From positions 1,920,001 to 1,984,000 of the forward strand of contig OZ244207.1 in NCBI GenBank assembly GCA_965216875.1: a DNA stretch of 64,000 bases. Direction: 5' to 3'. The stretch is from Rubripirellula sp. (GTDB taxonomy: Bacteria; Planctomycetota; Planctomycetia; Pirellulales; Pirellulaceae). The notes below the pieces were generated by a model that was not told the origin of the DNA, searched no databases, and saw only the letters and a list, made by a program, of their open reading frames with translations. This document shows positions 10,843 through 21,168 of the stretch, piece by piece. The position numbers were made by a program, and so were the translations under genes. Every line of letters starts with the position of its first letter. Positions within the stretch are counted from its first letter, which is position 1.

Positions 10843-12359
10843 AGCGACGTGATTTTGTAAAGCATGCGGCACTCGCAACGATCGCAAGCCAAGTCAAGCT
10901 TGCCCAAGGCGAGCCAATCAAGGATCGCGACCATCGCGCTGCGCCAATGGTTGGTGTGCAGATTGCGCCGGTGTCGCTGTTGGATGAGGGGATCCCGCAG
11001 TGTCTCGATACACTTCAAGAGAAAGCTGGCGTCAATGCCGTCTTCATCTATTCGCAGACCTACCATGCGGGAATCAAACCAAAGAATGTTCTGGCGACCG
11101 ACCATGGTGTGCCCGTACGGGATTTTTTCAAGAGCGAGTTGCCGAATCTTTGGGTGCGCCATCGCGGAAATGCGTTCGCAGGCAAAGTCGTTCAGCATGA
11201 AAAGCCGAACGCGAATCTCGAATACGGTCGACGTGACCTGTTCGATGAAATTCAGAGACCCGCGGAAGCACGCGGGGTCAAGATCTACGCGAGGATTCTT
11301 GAAGCGGATGCCCGCCGGCAAGCTCGCATTCCTGGGTACGCCGATGTGCTCACGATCGATCATGAGGGTAAGCGGGGACACGGCCCATGCTGGAACAATC
11401 CGCATTACCGCGAGTGGGTTTACACAACGATTCGCGAATTGGTCTCAAACTACAGACTCGACGGGCTGCAGTATGGCGCGGAACGGACGGGGCCACTGTC
11501 ACACGTGCTCTATCGCGGAGTCACACCGACTTGTTTCTGTCAGCACTGCGTGGGTCGCAATCAAGAATTGGGTATCAATCCGACGCGTGCGAAAGAAGGC
11601 TATTCGAAACTCTATGACCTGATCAAATCGATCGAAACATCCGCCGTTGGAGGAAACCACCTAAGGGATCGTTCCAAGACGATTGATGGTGTGCTCTCTG
11701 CGGTGTTGCGGGTGATCTACCGCTATCCGGAAGTGTTGAGCTGGGACTATCAGTGGTTTCAATCCGACGAAGAGATTTGCTCTGAAGTTCATCGGATTGC
11801 GAAGAGTATTCGGCCTGACATCGATTCCGGGCGGCACGTTGATCATCAGCGTTCGAGCTGGGACTTTTTCTATCGTAGTGCGATGAGCTACGACCAGATG
11901 GCCAAAAACGCTGATTACATCAAGCCTATCGTATACCACGAATCAATGGGGCCGCGACTGCGCTCGTGGGTTCTCGATCGTGCGAAGGATCGCTTCCTGC
12001 ATGATCTCTCACTGCAACAATCGCTTCAGTTGTACTACAGCCTATTTGGTCATGACGCATCGAAGCAGCCCGGCGTTGAAGAACTCGACCGCAAGGGACT
12101 AGGGCCCGAGTATGTTTATCGCGAAGTGCTCCGCTGCAAGCAAACCGTGGGTGAACAAGCGAAGGTTTATGCGGGAATTGGAATCGACATTCCGTGGTAT
12201 TTGCCGCGTGGAATGGAGCGGCGGCCCAGCGACCACACGCAGCTCACAAATGCCGTGAGCCGCGCCTTTGACGCAGGAGCCGATGGAGTGCTGGCGTCAC
12301 GAGAGTACAACGAGATGCGGTTGTCCAGTCTAGAAGCATTCGGACAAGGCGTTGGTTGA
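10839..12359 (+). CDS. Tat-exported TIM-barrel, glycoside-hydrolase-like hypothetical protein
   Basis: MKRRDFVK Tat motif; CWNNPHYREW, YRLDGL, CFCQHC; GADGV terminal strand. Confidence 0.6.
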   Translation: MKRRDFVKHAALATIASQVKLAQGEPIKDRDHRAAPMVGVQIAPVSLLDEGIPQCLDTLQEKAGVNAVFIYSQTYHAGIKPKNVLATDHGVPVRDFFKSELPNLWVRHRGNAFAGKVVQHEKPNANLEYGRRDLFDEIQRPAEARGVKIYARILEADARRQARIPGYADVLTIDHEGKRGHGPCWNNPHYREWVYTTIRELVSNYRLDGLQYGAERTGPLSHVLYRGVTPTCFCQHCVGRNQELGINPTRAKEGYSKLYDLIKSIETSAVGGNHLRDRSKTIDGVLSAVLRVIYRYPEVLSWDYQWFQSDEEICSEVHRIAKSIRPDIDSGRHVDHQRSSWDFFYRSAMSYDQMAKNADYIKPIVYHESMGPRLRSWVLDRAKDRFLHDLSLQQSLQLYYSLFGHDASKQPGVEELDRKGLGPEYVYREVLRCKQTVGEQAKVYAGIGIDIPWYLPRGMERRPSDHTQLTNAVSRAFDAGADGVLASREYNEMRLSSLEAFGQGVG

Positions 12360-12474
12360 TGCCGAGCCTCCATTTGCCCAAGTCGGTCCCGAAAACCCAC
12401 GGCGAGCGGCATCCTTTGAGCGATGTGCGAAACACATTTCATGTCTACGTCAATGAGTTGTTGGAGCTAATTGC

Positions 12475-15400
12475 ATGATTCAGGTGGACTCACGCAGCTG
12501 GCTTCTCGGCTGGGCATTGAGCGCCGGGACAATCCTTTCCGGTGCAATCGTTTCCGGGACGGTTGTTGGCGAGGACCGTGGTTTGCTTCTGGATCGACTT
12601 GAATCCCATTGCGTTGAATGCCATAGCGACGACGTCACGGAAGGCGAATTCAACCTGCAGTCCCTTTTGGAATCAACGGCTGGTCCCGAGGAGGCAGCTC
12701 GAGCGTTGGAACGAATTCGCCGTCGAGTCGCAGCAGGAGAAATGCCGCCCGAAGAAGCGGAGAGTCTCAGTGAAGAGGACCGGAGCAATCTCGTAGTCTT
12801 GGTTGACGGCCAGCTTGAACATCTTTCGGAGCGTCTCCGTGACGATCCAGGTGACGTGGCAATGCCGCGTTTGGCGCCCTACGAATATCGCAACGTGATA
12901 CGCGACTTGAGCGGTGGCGTTGTCATCGCGGGCGGACGACTGCTCCCCAACGAAGGTGGCGCGGGCGAGGGATTTGCCAATGTCGGTTCGGCCCAGGTGA
13001 TGACCCCAACGCAATACGAAAAGTACATTGATGCGGCAAAGGACGTTCTCAGGCATTTGAGGACGTACCCAACGGCTGACGATCGAATTGGCAAAGTCTG
13101 GAAATCGTATCCGCGAGAGGCTGTCGATTCGCCCGTCGCGGCACGAAAAGAAGTCGTCGACGAGATCATTGCTTGGTACATCGGCCAACAACAGAAGTGG
13201 GGCGCTGAGCACCGCGAAGACCTTCAACAGAAGCTTGGGTTCGTGCACGCCGCCTATCTCGAGGCGGCATGGCATTTCCACCATCGCGATGACCGCGCCA
13301 CTGACATCGAAACGCATGCATCGGTTGCTGGCGAAGGCCCACTGTCCGAACGCGTCAAGTTGGCGCCGGCTGCAATGAAAAAGTGGTGCCAGATCCTTCA
13401 CAGCGACAGTGCAAGTTCGCCCCACGCGGAATGGGCTGCAAAGTGGAAAGAGCTGGCAAGCGAAAACGACTTGAAACCGGCCGAAGTAAGGAAACGCTGC
13501 GTTTCGATCGTTGCCGGAAACAATGACATCGTTGTGGAAACGGAAGATTATGCCCCGGCATATGAAATCAGCTTTCACGAAGCCAAAGAAGAAGTGCTCG
13601 AAGCGGCCAGGAGCCACGGACACTGGCCCTTTCGTATCGAGATCGGCGATGCCAAGGAGCTTTTTCTGGTGGTTACCGATGCAGGCGATGGCAATCGGGG
13701 CGAATACGCTGTTTGGCGAAATGGTCGGTTTGTGTTTCGCGATGGCAGCTCGAGGGCCTGGCAGGACGTCGTCACGATTCGTGGGGCGAGGAGCGGTAAA
13801 GAGTACGCATTCGGATTTGATGGCGAAAAGTCGAAGGTACTCAGCGACGACGCTGTGGGGGCAAAGCCTCCGGGAACGCTCAAATTTGCTGTGCCCGAAA
13901 ACGCGATCGTCTTCGAGGTTGAACTGACGCTCGATGAGAAGCGAACGAAGCTCGCCAGCATTCAGGCACTCGTGTTGAGGGAGAAGCCGGAATCGTCAAG
14001 TTACATCCCAGGGCGATTTGTGTTTGGCGGTAAGAAACGACCAATCACCGCGGGTGCCAAGCTCAAGCAGGCTCAAGAACGCGCACTTCGAAAACGCAAC
14101 CTCTCGGAAGCGAACAAGACAAAGATCGGCCTCAATGCCGAGCGAAACGTGTTCGCACTTTGGAACCGGTCGCCACTGGAGTCGATTGGTGGCCCATGGC
14201 CGAGCCAGGAAGCGGAAAAGTACGAAGCAAACTTTCCCTATCACTACACCGTTTCCGAGGTGCTGCTCAATGCAAGCGATGCGGATCTCGCCGAGTTAAG
14301 ACGACTGGAGGATCGACTTGCCTGCCTTGCCCGAGTGCCGGACGAAAGTCGCTTGCGCAGACAAGCCGAGAGTTTTGTCAGTCGTTTTGCAAGTCAGGCT
14401 TGGCGGCGAGACATCGCGCCGACGGAACGGCGGTCGCTAATGGCGTTGTACGACAATGCGCGTGGCCAGGGATTGAGCTTCGATCGTTCGGTCAAATCGT
14501 CGCTGCTCCTCGTGCTCTCCTCGCCGCATTTCCTTTACAAGCTCTATCCAACTGTTGGGCGAACCCGTGAAGTGTCCAACGTGGCGGTTGTACCGCTATC
14601 GAGTCAGGCGTTGGCGACGCGGCTGTCGTTCTTCTTATGGGGCAGTCTGCCGGATGAACGATTGCTTGAATTGGCTCGCGCCGACCAACTTGGCGATCTG
14701 GCAATCCTGAAACGCGAGGCTCAGCGCATGTTACACGACGGGCGTGGCCGATCGCTGGCCGCAGATTTTGGTGGCCAGCTGTGGGACTTTTCGGAATTCG
14801 GGACCTTCGATAACCCTGACCAGGACCGCTATCCAGAATTCATTCCCGCATTGCGGGCGGCGATGATCTTTGAAGTGGAGTATTTCTTAGCAGATCTGTT
14901 TCAAAACGATCGTCCACTCACGAACATCTTGAGCGCGGACTATACGTTTGCCAACGAGATTTTGGCCGCCCACTACGGACTTGATGTGGGGGAGCTCGAT
15001 GGAACTCAACGCGTTGGGCTGTCCCGCGACCGAGGCGGGTTAGCAACAATGGGCTTGTTCCTGACGAAGAAGTCGCTGCCGCTTCGAACGAGCCCCGTCC
15101 AGCGCGGCGTCTGGGTGATGGAGAACCTGTTGGGACGACAGCTACCCAATCCGCCCGCGGATGTTCCTGCACTTTCCGAAGATGACACCGATCAAGCTGG
15201 GTTGAGCATCCGCGAGCAGTTGGAACGCCATCGCGCTCAAGCGTCTTGCGCGAGTTGTCACGACAAGATCGACCCGCTTGGTCTCAGCCTCGAAAGCTTT
15301 GACGCAATTGGGCGCCAGAGAGATTCGCATCGCGATGGCTCGGCAATCGCGATAGAGGCACAATCGCATGATGGATATACGCTCCGTGGCAGTTCCAGCT

Positions 15401-15618
15401 TACAAGAGTACCTAGTGAAGCATCGAGACGAGTTTGTTGACCATTTTGTTCGCAAGCTCGTCGGATACGCACTTGGTAGGTCGGTTCAAATTGGTGACCG
15501 AGCACTAATGGATCGAATGCGCCAACGTCTTGAAAAGAACCAGTACCGCTTCTCGGTGCTGATTGACGAAATTGTCGTGAGTCCGCAATTCAGAATGAGG
15601 AGGTCACCGAGTGAATAG
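12475..15618 (+). CDS. DUF1592-family cytochrome-c-like protein with NPCBM-like insert
   Basis: CVECH, LATRLSFFLWGSLPD, RTSPVQRGVWV, CASCH; internal ELFLVVTDAGDGNRGEYAVW. Confidence 0.9.
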   Translation: MIQVDSRSWLLGWALSAGTILSGAIVSGTVVGEDRGLLLDRLESHCVECHSDDVTEGEFNLQSLLESTAGPEEAARALERIRRRVAAGEMPPEEAESLSEEDRSNLVVLVDGQLEHLSERLRDDPGDVAMPRLAPYEYRNVIRDLSGGVVIAGGRLLPNEGGAGEGFANVGSAQVMTPTQYEKYIDAAKDVLRHLRTYPTADDRIGKVWKSYPREAVDSPVAARKEVVDEIIAWYIGQQQKWGAEHREDLQQKLGFVHAAYLEAAWHFHHRDDRATDIETHASVAGEGPLSERVKLAPAAMKKWCQILHSDSASSPHAEWAAKWKELASENDLKPAEVRKRCVSIVAGNNDIVVETEDYAPAYEISFHEAKEEVLEAARSHGHWPFRIEIGDAKELFLVVTDAGDGNRGEYAVWRNGRFVFRDGSSRAWQDVVTIRGARSGKEYAFGFDGEKSKVLSDDAVGAKPPGTLKFAVPENAIVFEVELTLDEKRTKLASIQALVLREKPESSSYIPGRFVFGGKKRPITAGAKLKQAQERALRKRNLSEANKTKIGLNAERNVFALWNRSPLESIGGPWPSQEAEKYEANFPYHYTVSEVLLNASDADLAELRRLEDRLACLARVPDESRLRRQAESFVSRFASQAWRRDIAPTERRSLMALYDNARGQGLSFDRSVKSSLLLVLSSPHFLYKLYPTVGRTREVSNVAVVPLSSQALATRLSFFLWGSLPDERLLELARADQLGDLAILKREAQRMLHDGRGRSLAADFGGQLWDFSEFGTFDNPDQDRYPEFIPALRAAMIFEVEYFLADLFQNDRPLTNILSADYTFANEILAAHYGLDVGELDGTQRVGLSRDRGGLATMGLFLTKKSLPLRTSPVQRGVWVMENLLGRQLPNPPADVPALSEDDTDQAGLSIREQLERHRAQASCASCHDKIDPLGLSLESFDAIGRQRDSHRDGSAIAIEAQSHDGYTLRGSSSLQEYLVKHRDEFVDHFVRKLVGYALGRSVQIGDRALMDRMRQRLEKNQYRFSVLIDEIVVSPQFRMRRSPSE

Positions 15619-16927
15619 GTTTGCGAGAAGAACGGTTCTGCAAGGACTCGGCGCAACATTGACACTGCCGTGGATGGAATCATTGACTTGGGCGACGGAT
15701 CACCGGTCGTCTGAGAAGCCGCCCGTTCGGTTTGGGACTTTGGTGTTTGCGAACGGTGTTAATCCCTATCAATGGTGGGCCAAGGGCGAAGGCAAAGACA
15801 TGGAGCTGTCCTCGACGCTTCAGCCGCTTGCGCCACACAAATCTGACATTACGGTCCTGCAAGGTTTGCATGTGTTTAACAACACCAGTGGCCCGCATTG
15901 GCCGCTGTTTAGCAACATGCTTAGTGGGGCTCAGTTCAAGCCGACGCTTATGCCGGAGGGGGCTGAGTCGATCGATCAGGTCATCGCCCGGCGCAGCGGA
16001 CGGCAGACAGCCGTTCCCAGTCTTGTACTCGCGGTTGAGCCAGCCGAGAGCGGATTGCGAGGCGGCGTGCCCAGTATCTACTACGGCACGGTGAGCTGGA
16101 GTTCCAAAAAGACGCCGATCCCGCCCGAGATTTATCCACGCGCCGTGTTTGACCGACTGTTCGATACAAGTGGATTGCTTAGAGACCGTAGCGTGCTCGA
16201 TGCTGTGTTGGACCAGACGAAACGCATCGAGCACAATCTGTCGGGTGGCGATCGCCAGAAGCTTGATGAGTTCGCGACGAGTGTTCGAGAGTTGGAGAAA
16301 AGAATCGAGCGAGCTTCGTCCGATGCGCGTCTGGAGGGCTGGAGACCCTCTTTGGAAAGTCCTGACATGGTTCGTCCCCCAGAGTCGTTGCCACAGGACG
16401 TTCGTGATCACATGCTGATGATGCTCGATCTACTCCTGCTGGCATGGCGGATGGACAAGACCCGAGTCGCCACGTTGATCTTCAACCGTGACGTTTCTCA
16501 CATGAAGTTTGGTTTTCTTGATGGGGTTGTTAACGATCAGCTTCATGGGATTTCACATCACAAAGAAGATCCTCAAAAGCTCGCTTCGTACCAAAAGATC
16601 AATCGATTCCATGTCGAGCAACTGGCATACCTGCTGTCCCGTATGAAGAAGATCGATGAAGGCGGGGGGACGACACTGCTGGACAATGTCCTGCTACTGT
16701 TCGGTTCAAACATGTTCAACGGCGACAGTCATGACGGTCGTCAGCTGCCGCTTGTGCTCGCTGGACATGGTGGCGGGCAGATTGCGGGCGGTAAGGTTCT
16801 CGATGTTTCGCACGAGCCAGAGGAACAGCAGCGAGCGTGCAATCTCTATTTGTCGATTGCAAAGATGATGGGTGTTCCACTGACTCAGTTTGGTGACAGC
16901 GTCGGCCCTCTGGAAGGGCTTGTTTGA
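15611..16927 (+). CDS. DUF1552 (HXXSHH) family protein
   Basis: RRTVLQGLGATLTLPWMESL, HGISHH, TLLDN. Confidence 0.93.
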   Translation: MNRFARRTVLQGLGATLTLPWMESLTWATDHRSSEKPPVRFGTLVFANGVNPYQWWAKGEGKDMELSSTLQPLAPHKSDITVLQGLHVFNNTSGPHWPLFSNMLSGAQFKPTLMPEGAESIDQVIARRSGRQTAVPSLVLAVEPAESGLRGGVPSIYYGTVSWSSKKTPIPPEIYPRAVFDRLFDTSGLLRDRSVLDAVLDQTKRIEHNLSGGDRQKLDEFATSVRELEKRIERASSDARLEGWRPSLESPDMVRPPESLPQDVRDHMLMMLDLLLLAWRMDKTRVATLIFNRDVSHMKFGFLDGVVNDQLHGISHHKEDPQKLASYQKINRFHVEQLAYLLSRMKKIDEGGGTTLLDNVLLLFGSNMFNGDSHDGRQLPLVLAGHGGGQIAGGKVLDVSHEPEEQQRACNLYLSIAKMMGVPLTQFGDSVGPLEGLV

Positions 16928-17030
16928 TTCTCGGTTCGTTCGACGAACTGCTAATCAAAGAGTTGCGCTCGTTCGCACAATTGCGCAAGTTTGGCCAGTG
17001 AGTCGACTCCGGTTTTTTCCATCATTCGGC

Positions 17031-17400
17031 CCGTGAGCCGCTGGCCGTGAGGCCTCGGGCACCTACCGCCTCCGCGAACGTCGTTGCCCGCGTATCGTCG
17101 TGTGGAATGCCCGGCCGCTTACGCGATCGCGGCTCAATGGTGTGGACCTGCGGTCGTTCGAGTGCAAACGCAATCTGTAACGCTAGCCGCCGGTATTGCA
17201 TGCTCTGCTCAAGCAGTGCCCGTGAGCCGCTGGCCGTGAGGCGTCGGGCACCTACCGCATCCGCGAACGTCGTTGCCCAAATATCGTCGCGTAGAATGTC
17301 CGGCCGCTTACGCGATGGAGGCTCAATGGTGTGGATCTGCGGAAGTATTCGTTCGAGTGTAAACGCAATTGCAATCTGTAGCGCTCGTAGCCGGTATTCA
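17031..17400. repeat. Tandem duplication (period 189 bp) of a family-A REP element plus flank
   Basis: ccgtgagccgctggccgtgaggc at 17031 and 17220, with near-identical downstream sequence. Confidence 0.85.
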
Positions 17401-17550
17401 CACCCGTTACTGGGCAGGAGCAGGAGGAAGAGAGAACCACGGATCACACGAATCGCACGGATGGGATGAACCACCAAGTGAGCGGCAAGACGCTAGCCGT
17501 CGGTATTAACACTCGCTACTCGGCAGCTTTTCGTGCCGAGAGGGGCGCCA

Positions 17551-18804
17551 CTAGAATCTTGAGTTGAGGAAGTTGCGATGCATTTCGATTTCGCCTTGCG
17601 TTTGCGGTAGCTTGATCTTGCAGTTTGGCAGCTGCTTTTGGAGCTCTTTCGCGGCGGTGCCGTATTTGGCAACCTTCGTTCGAGAAAGGTCGAGCTCTTT
17701 GAGCGAAGTAAGCTTGTGGAAGTGAATCAGGCTTTGGTCGGAGATCGGGCCGCTGGCCCTGAGCGTTTCGAGATTCTCGAAGGACGTGATGACCGGGACC
17801 GATGCGTCCGTGAGTTTGCCGAGAGTGTAATAGGGAACGAGTTCGAGTGTTTGAAGATCGCCAAAATCCTTGAGATGCTCGATGTGTTCGTCGGTAAGCT
17901 GCCAATGGAGTGCGCCAAAGTGTTTCAAGTTGGGAAGCGTTGCTGCGTGTTGCAAAGCGTTGCCGGAGATTTGCTGGCTGCCAATCTTCAGCCGACGCAA
18001 GTTTTTCATCGTGCAAAGGGTGGCGTAACCGTCATCGGTAAAGTGGGTGTGATAGAGGGTAAGGCTTTCGAGGTGTTGGGCGGCAGCGAGCGCGTTTGCG
18101 TCGTCGTCTTTGGGCCATTGTTTTTGTTCCCGATCACCAACGGTCGTGCCGTTGATTCGGCAAACCAGCTTGAATGATCGCAGGTCTTCTAGTTGAGGCA
18201 GTGCGGCGAGCGATTCGGTCGTCACGAGGCCATCGAGTGACAGTTCGACAAGTCCAGAGGGCAAGGTCGCAATCTGTTCGGCCGTGTAAGGAGTTTCCTG
18301 GTTCAGCCAAAGCGTTTCGAGTTGCGTGAGTTTTCCAAGCAGTGCGTAGTCGTCGGGAGAACGGTTCGGGCCGTTGAGGCTGAGCGCACGTAGGTCGGGG
18401 AGATCTTGAAGCAGACGACCAAGGATTGCGAACCGCGATTTCTCGTCGTCGGTGTTCTCGGTGACAAAGACACGCTCGACGGTGTCGAACCAATGTGGCC
18501 CGAGCCGCTCGCGAAGCCAAATCGGACCCTTAGGCGCAAGCGGTACATTCGGGTCACTGTCGGGACCACGTATCTGCCAGTCGTACGACACTTGCCCCGA
18601 AACAGCCTCGATGGCTTCGACAGCCACTTTTTGTCGGTGCACACGATTGAAGACCAGTGCGAACCAAACTGCGGCGCAAGCGACCATGACGAGAAGGCCG
18701 CGAAGCGAGAAACGCAACCATTTCCGATCACGTTTGCCACCAACCTCATCTGGGGCAACTGCGGCGTTCATCGTGGCTTCGGCGGCATTTTGCGAGTCGC
18801 TCAA
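17551..18804 (-). CDS. Membrane-anchored leucine-rich repeat protein
   Basis: WLRFSLRGLL followed by TM helix; LRR units (LTQLETLWL, LTSLKELDLSRT). Confidence 0.82.
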   Translation of the reverse strand: MSDSQNAAEATMNAAVAPDEVGGKRDRKWLRFSLRGLLVMVACAAVWFALVFNRVHRQKVAVEAIEAVSGQVSYDWQIRGPDSDPNVPLAPKGPIWLRERLGPHWFDTVERVFVTENTDDEKSRFAILGRLLQDLPDLRALSLNGPNRSPDDYALLGKLTQLETLWLNQETPYTAEQIATLPSGLVELSLDGLVTTESLAALPQLEDLRSFKLVCRINGTTVGDREQKQWPKDDDANALAAAQHLESLTLYHTHFTDDGYATLCTMKNLRRLKIGSQQISGNALQHAATLPNLKHFGALHWQLTDEHIEHLKDFGDLQTLELVPYYTLGKLTDASVPVITSFENLETLRASGPISDQSLIHFHKLTSLKELDLSRTKVAKYGTAAKELQKQLPNCKIKLPQTQGEIEMHRNFLNSRF

Positions 18805-18814
18805 CTCTTCGGCG

Positions 18815-20767
18815 TCACTCGTTGATGATCAAGCCGCGCGCCCGCAACATCCGCTGTTCGGCACATTGGCGGCAATTTGCATGGCGGTCACAGCAAAAAC
18901 GACTCGCGAAAAGGAGTGACGCCGAGAGCGATTTCATCTCTTTTGATTGAGGACGATTGGAAGAAGTTTTCGGCGTGAACTCGTACGAATCGAGAAACTT
19001 GTCCTTGGATTCGCCTTCGATTTCTTCGTCCGCTGGTCGGTGTGTGAAGCGGCCATCCATCATCGTGTAGTCGACGCCAATCTCAGCGATTTCAGTCGGC
19101 TTGACGTCAAAGGGATTGTTGTCGAGCACGACGATGTCGGCGAGCTTGCCAACTTCGAGGCTGCCGATCTTGTCATCCATGGCCAGTTGCCAGGCGGCGT
19201 CAATCGTGACAGCGCGAATCGCTTGCTGGACCGTCAGCGGTGTACGGGTTTCCGGAAATGGCTTCGACTCGCCAGGACGCGTCGGGTCCATCAGAGTTGA
19301 AGCGCCTTCGACACAGAACAGCGGAGCTTGCATGGTCGGCTGGGTGCTTGGCACATCGGCCGCGAGACTCACCCTGACGCCATCGCCTGGAAGTTCGGTG
19401 TAGAGTCCAAATTGGGATTCCGTACGGTCGCGTCCGAGCAAACGATAGGCGTCTTCGCGTTGATTCGACCAATCGTTGTAGAAGTTGGGGGTCGCGTTGG
19501 CCGGAATCTTGTATTCGACGACACGTTTGTAGTCGTCGGGGTGGATCCAAGTGAAATGGTGAATCGCGTTTCGCTGGTCAAAACCAGCTTCTTTTGCTGC
19601 GACGCAGGCGTCGACTGCGGCGCGGCCGGTGGCACTTCCGTCGGTATGAATGATCGCATTCAATCCCGCTTTGTTCGCAGAGAGGGTGACATCCATGATG
19701 GTTTCTGGATTGATGTTGAATGCCCCGTTCTTTCCGGTTGTGTAGGGCTCGAGGTGAGGCGAGACCTGGGCGTTCCAATTGCCATCGGGATGAATCTTGA
19801 CGAAGTCGCAGCGAATCATGTCCCCCTGGTATTTCTGTTGCATCCGCGAAGCGAAGGCGACAAATTTCTGAGGGTCTGCTTTGGCATTCTTGAAGAACGG
19901 AAGAGCCTGGACTCGCAACTTGAGTGTGCCCGCTTGTTCGAGTTCACTCAGCAATTCGAGCGACGCTTCAAAGTCGCGTTCCATGCCACCGTGGGTGTCT
20001 TTCACATTGGGCGTCACGATGCCAGGATTCAGAATCGTGGTTGTTCCATTTTGGGCAGCGATCGTAAAGAGCTGCTCACAGCTTTGGCGGACCATTGTTT
20101 CGGCGTCCCACGCGCCCATATCGATGTAGGCCTGCATCCACTGGATTTCGATTGCCGCGCCCAGCGGATTCCCTTCGTCGTCGCGAACCCAGTAGGTGAC
20201 ACCCGGCAACGTATCGGGCGTCTCTTTGGTGATGTTGGCTGCCTTGAGTGCCGCCGAATTGAGCCACGCGTCGTGAATGGTGAAGTCCAGCAGAATCGCG
20301 GGGCGATTGGGAACGACAGTGTCGAGCTCTTTCGCGGTGGGATGCCCACCTAGCTTGTCGGCAACCCAGCCGATTCCGCGGATCACCTTTTCATCGGGAT
20401 GGGCTTCGGCGTACTCCTTGATCAGCCTGAGCGTTTCGGCTTTGTCTTTGGCGTCATAAAGGTTGACGCCAAGTGCCGTCCAGCTTGAAGCAATCAAGTG
20501 ATCGTGTGCACTGACGAAACCGGGCATCACCGTTTTGCCAGAGCAGTCGATGACATTGGTCGAGTCGCCGATGTGCCGCTTTACATCGTCTGCAGTTCCA
20601 ACAAAAAGGATCTTGTTGGCTTTGACCGCGACCGCTTCCGCCCAAGGCTGAGATTCGTCAACCGTGTAGACCTTGCCACCGGTAAAGACGGTGTCGGCAA
20701 TCTGGGCAACGACCGGTGTAGCGGACAAACAGACCATTAGTAGGGCGAGTAGGCTCACGCGCGACAT
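18815..20767 (-). CDS. Amidohydrolase 3 (YtcJ-like), secreted
   Basis: ADTVFTGGKVYTVD, PGFVSAHDH, HDAWLNSAAL, GSLEVGKLADIVVLD; signal peptide. Confidence 0.88.
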   Translation of the reverse strand: MSRVSLLALLMVCLSATPVVAQIADTVFTGGKVYTVDESQPWAEAVAVKANKILFVGTADDVKRHIGDSTNVIDCSGKTVMPGFVSAHDHLIASSWTALGVNLYDAKDKAETLRLIKEYAEAHPDEKVIRGIGWVADKLGGHPTAKELDTVVPNRPAILLDFTIHDAWLNSAALKAANITKETPDTLPGVTYWVRDDEGNPLGAAIEIQWMQAYIDMGAWDAETMVRQSCEQLFTIAAQNGTTTILNPGIVTPNVKDTHGGMERDFEASLELLSELEQAGTLKLRVQALPFFKNAKADPQKFVAFASRMQQKYQGDMIRCDFVKIHPDGNWNAQVSPHLEPYTTGKNGAFNINPETIMDVTLSANKAGLNAIIHTDGSATGRAAVDACVAAKEAGFDQRNAIHHFTWIHPDDYKRVVEYKIPANATPNFYNDWSNQREDAYRLLGRDRTESQFGLYTELPGDGVRVSLAADVPSTQPTMQAPLFCVEGASTLMDPTRPGESKPFPETRTPLTVQQAIRAVTIDAAWQLAMDDKIGSLEVGKLADIVVLDNNPFDVKPTEIAEIGVDYTMMDGRFTHRPADEEIEGESKDKFLDSYEFTPKTSSNRPQSKEMKSLSASLLFASRFCCDRHANCRQCAEQRMLRARGLIINE

Positions 20768-20894
20768 CGGTCGACACTCCGTAGAAAAGGCTTGCGGTCT
20801 CGAGAGGGTCACGAGATTGATACCGAGTGGGCATTGAACGTACAAATGATCGTACCCTGTTTCGTATCATGATGCGACTTTTGGGATGCGCATT

Positions 20895-21000
20895 CCACCT
20901 TCTGGCGAAGGTAGCTACGGTCAGCAGTGTTCGTAGTACCGAGCTTTAGCCAGGTAGCCGGGTAGGCCGGATCAAGGAGCGACAGCGACTCGGATCCGGC
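20895..21000. repeat. Two GTAG-type REP elements (family B, reversed, 20895-20918; family D, 20962-21000)
   Basis: ccaccttctggcgaaggtagctac; gtaggccggatc...gatccggc (related copy at 34611-34645). Confidence 0.7.
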
Positions 21001-21168
21001 AGTCAGAGCCAAGGCATCGGGGTCGCTCACTCAGCGGGTGCTCGGCAGCTTGTAAGCGTTTCGCTCAATGGGTCCCCAGACTGTGCCCTTACGGTCATGC
21101 ATGCGCAGAGTGGTTACAATGTGCGTACTCTCTTGTTGAAAAAGATACTCGGTTCGATCGATTTGTTC

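Noticed and set aside
17022..17477. ORFs 17022-17477(-) and 17047-17469(+)
   Set aside because: They are translations of the 189-bp REP duplication
19328..20353. 341-aa plus-strand ORF and similar long antisense ORFs (12673-13623, 46064-46942, 25202-25960)
   Set aside because: Shadow ORFs opposite well-supported genes in GC-rich DNA
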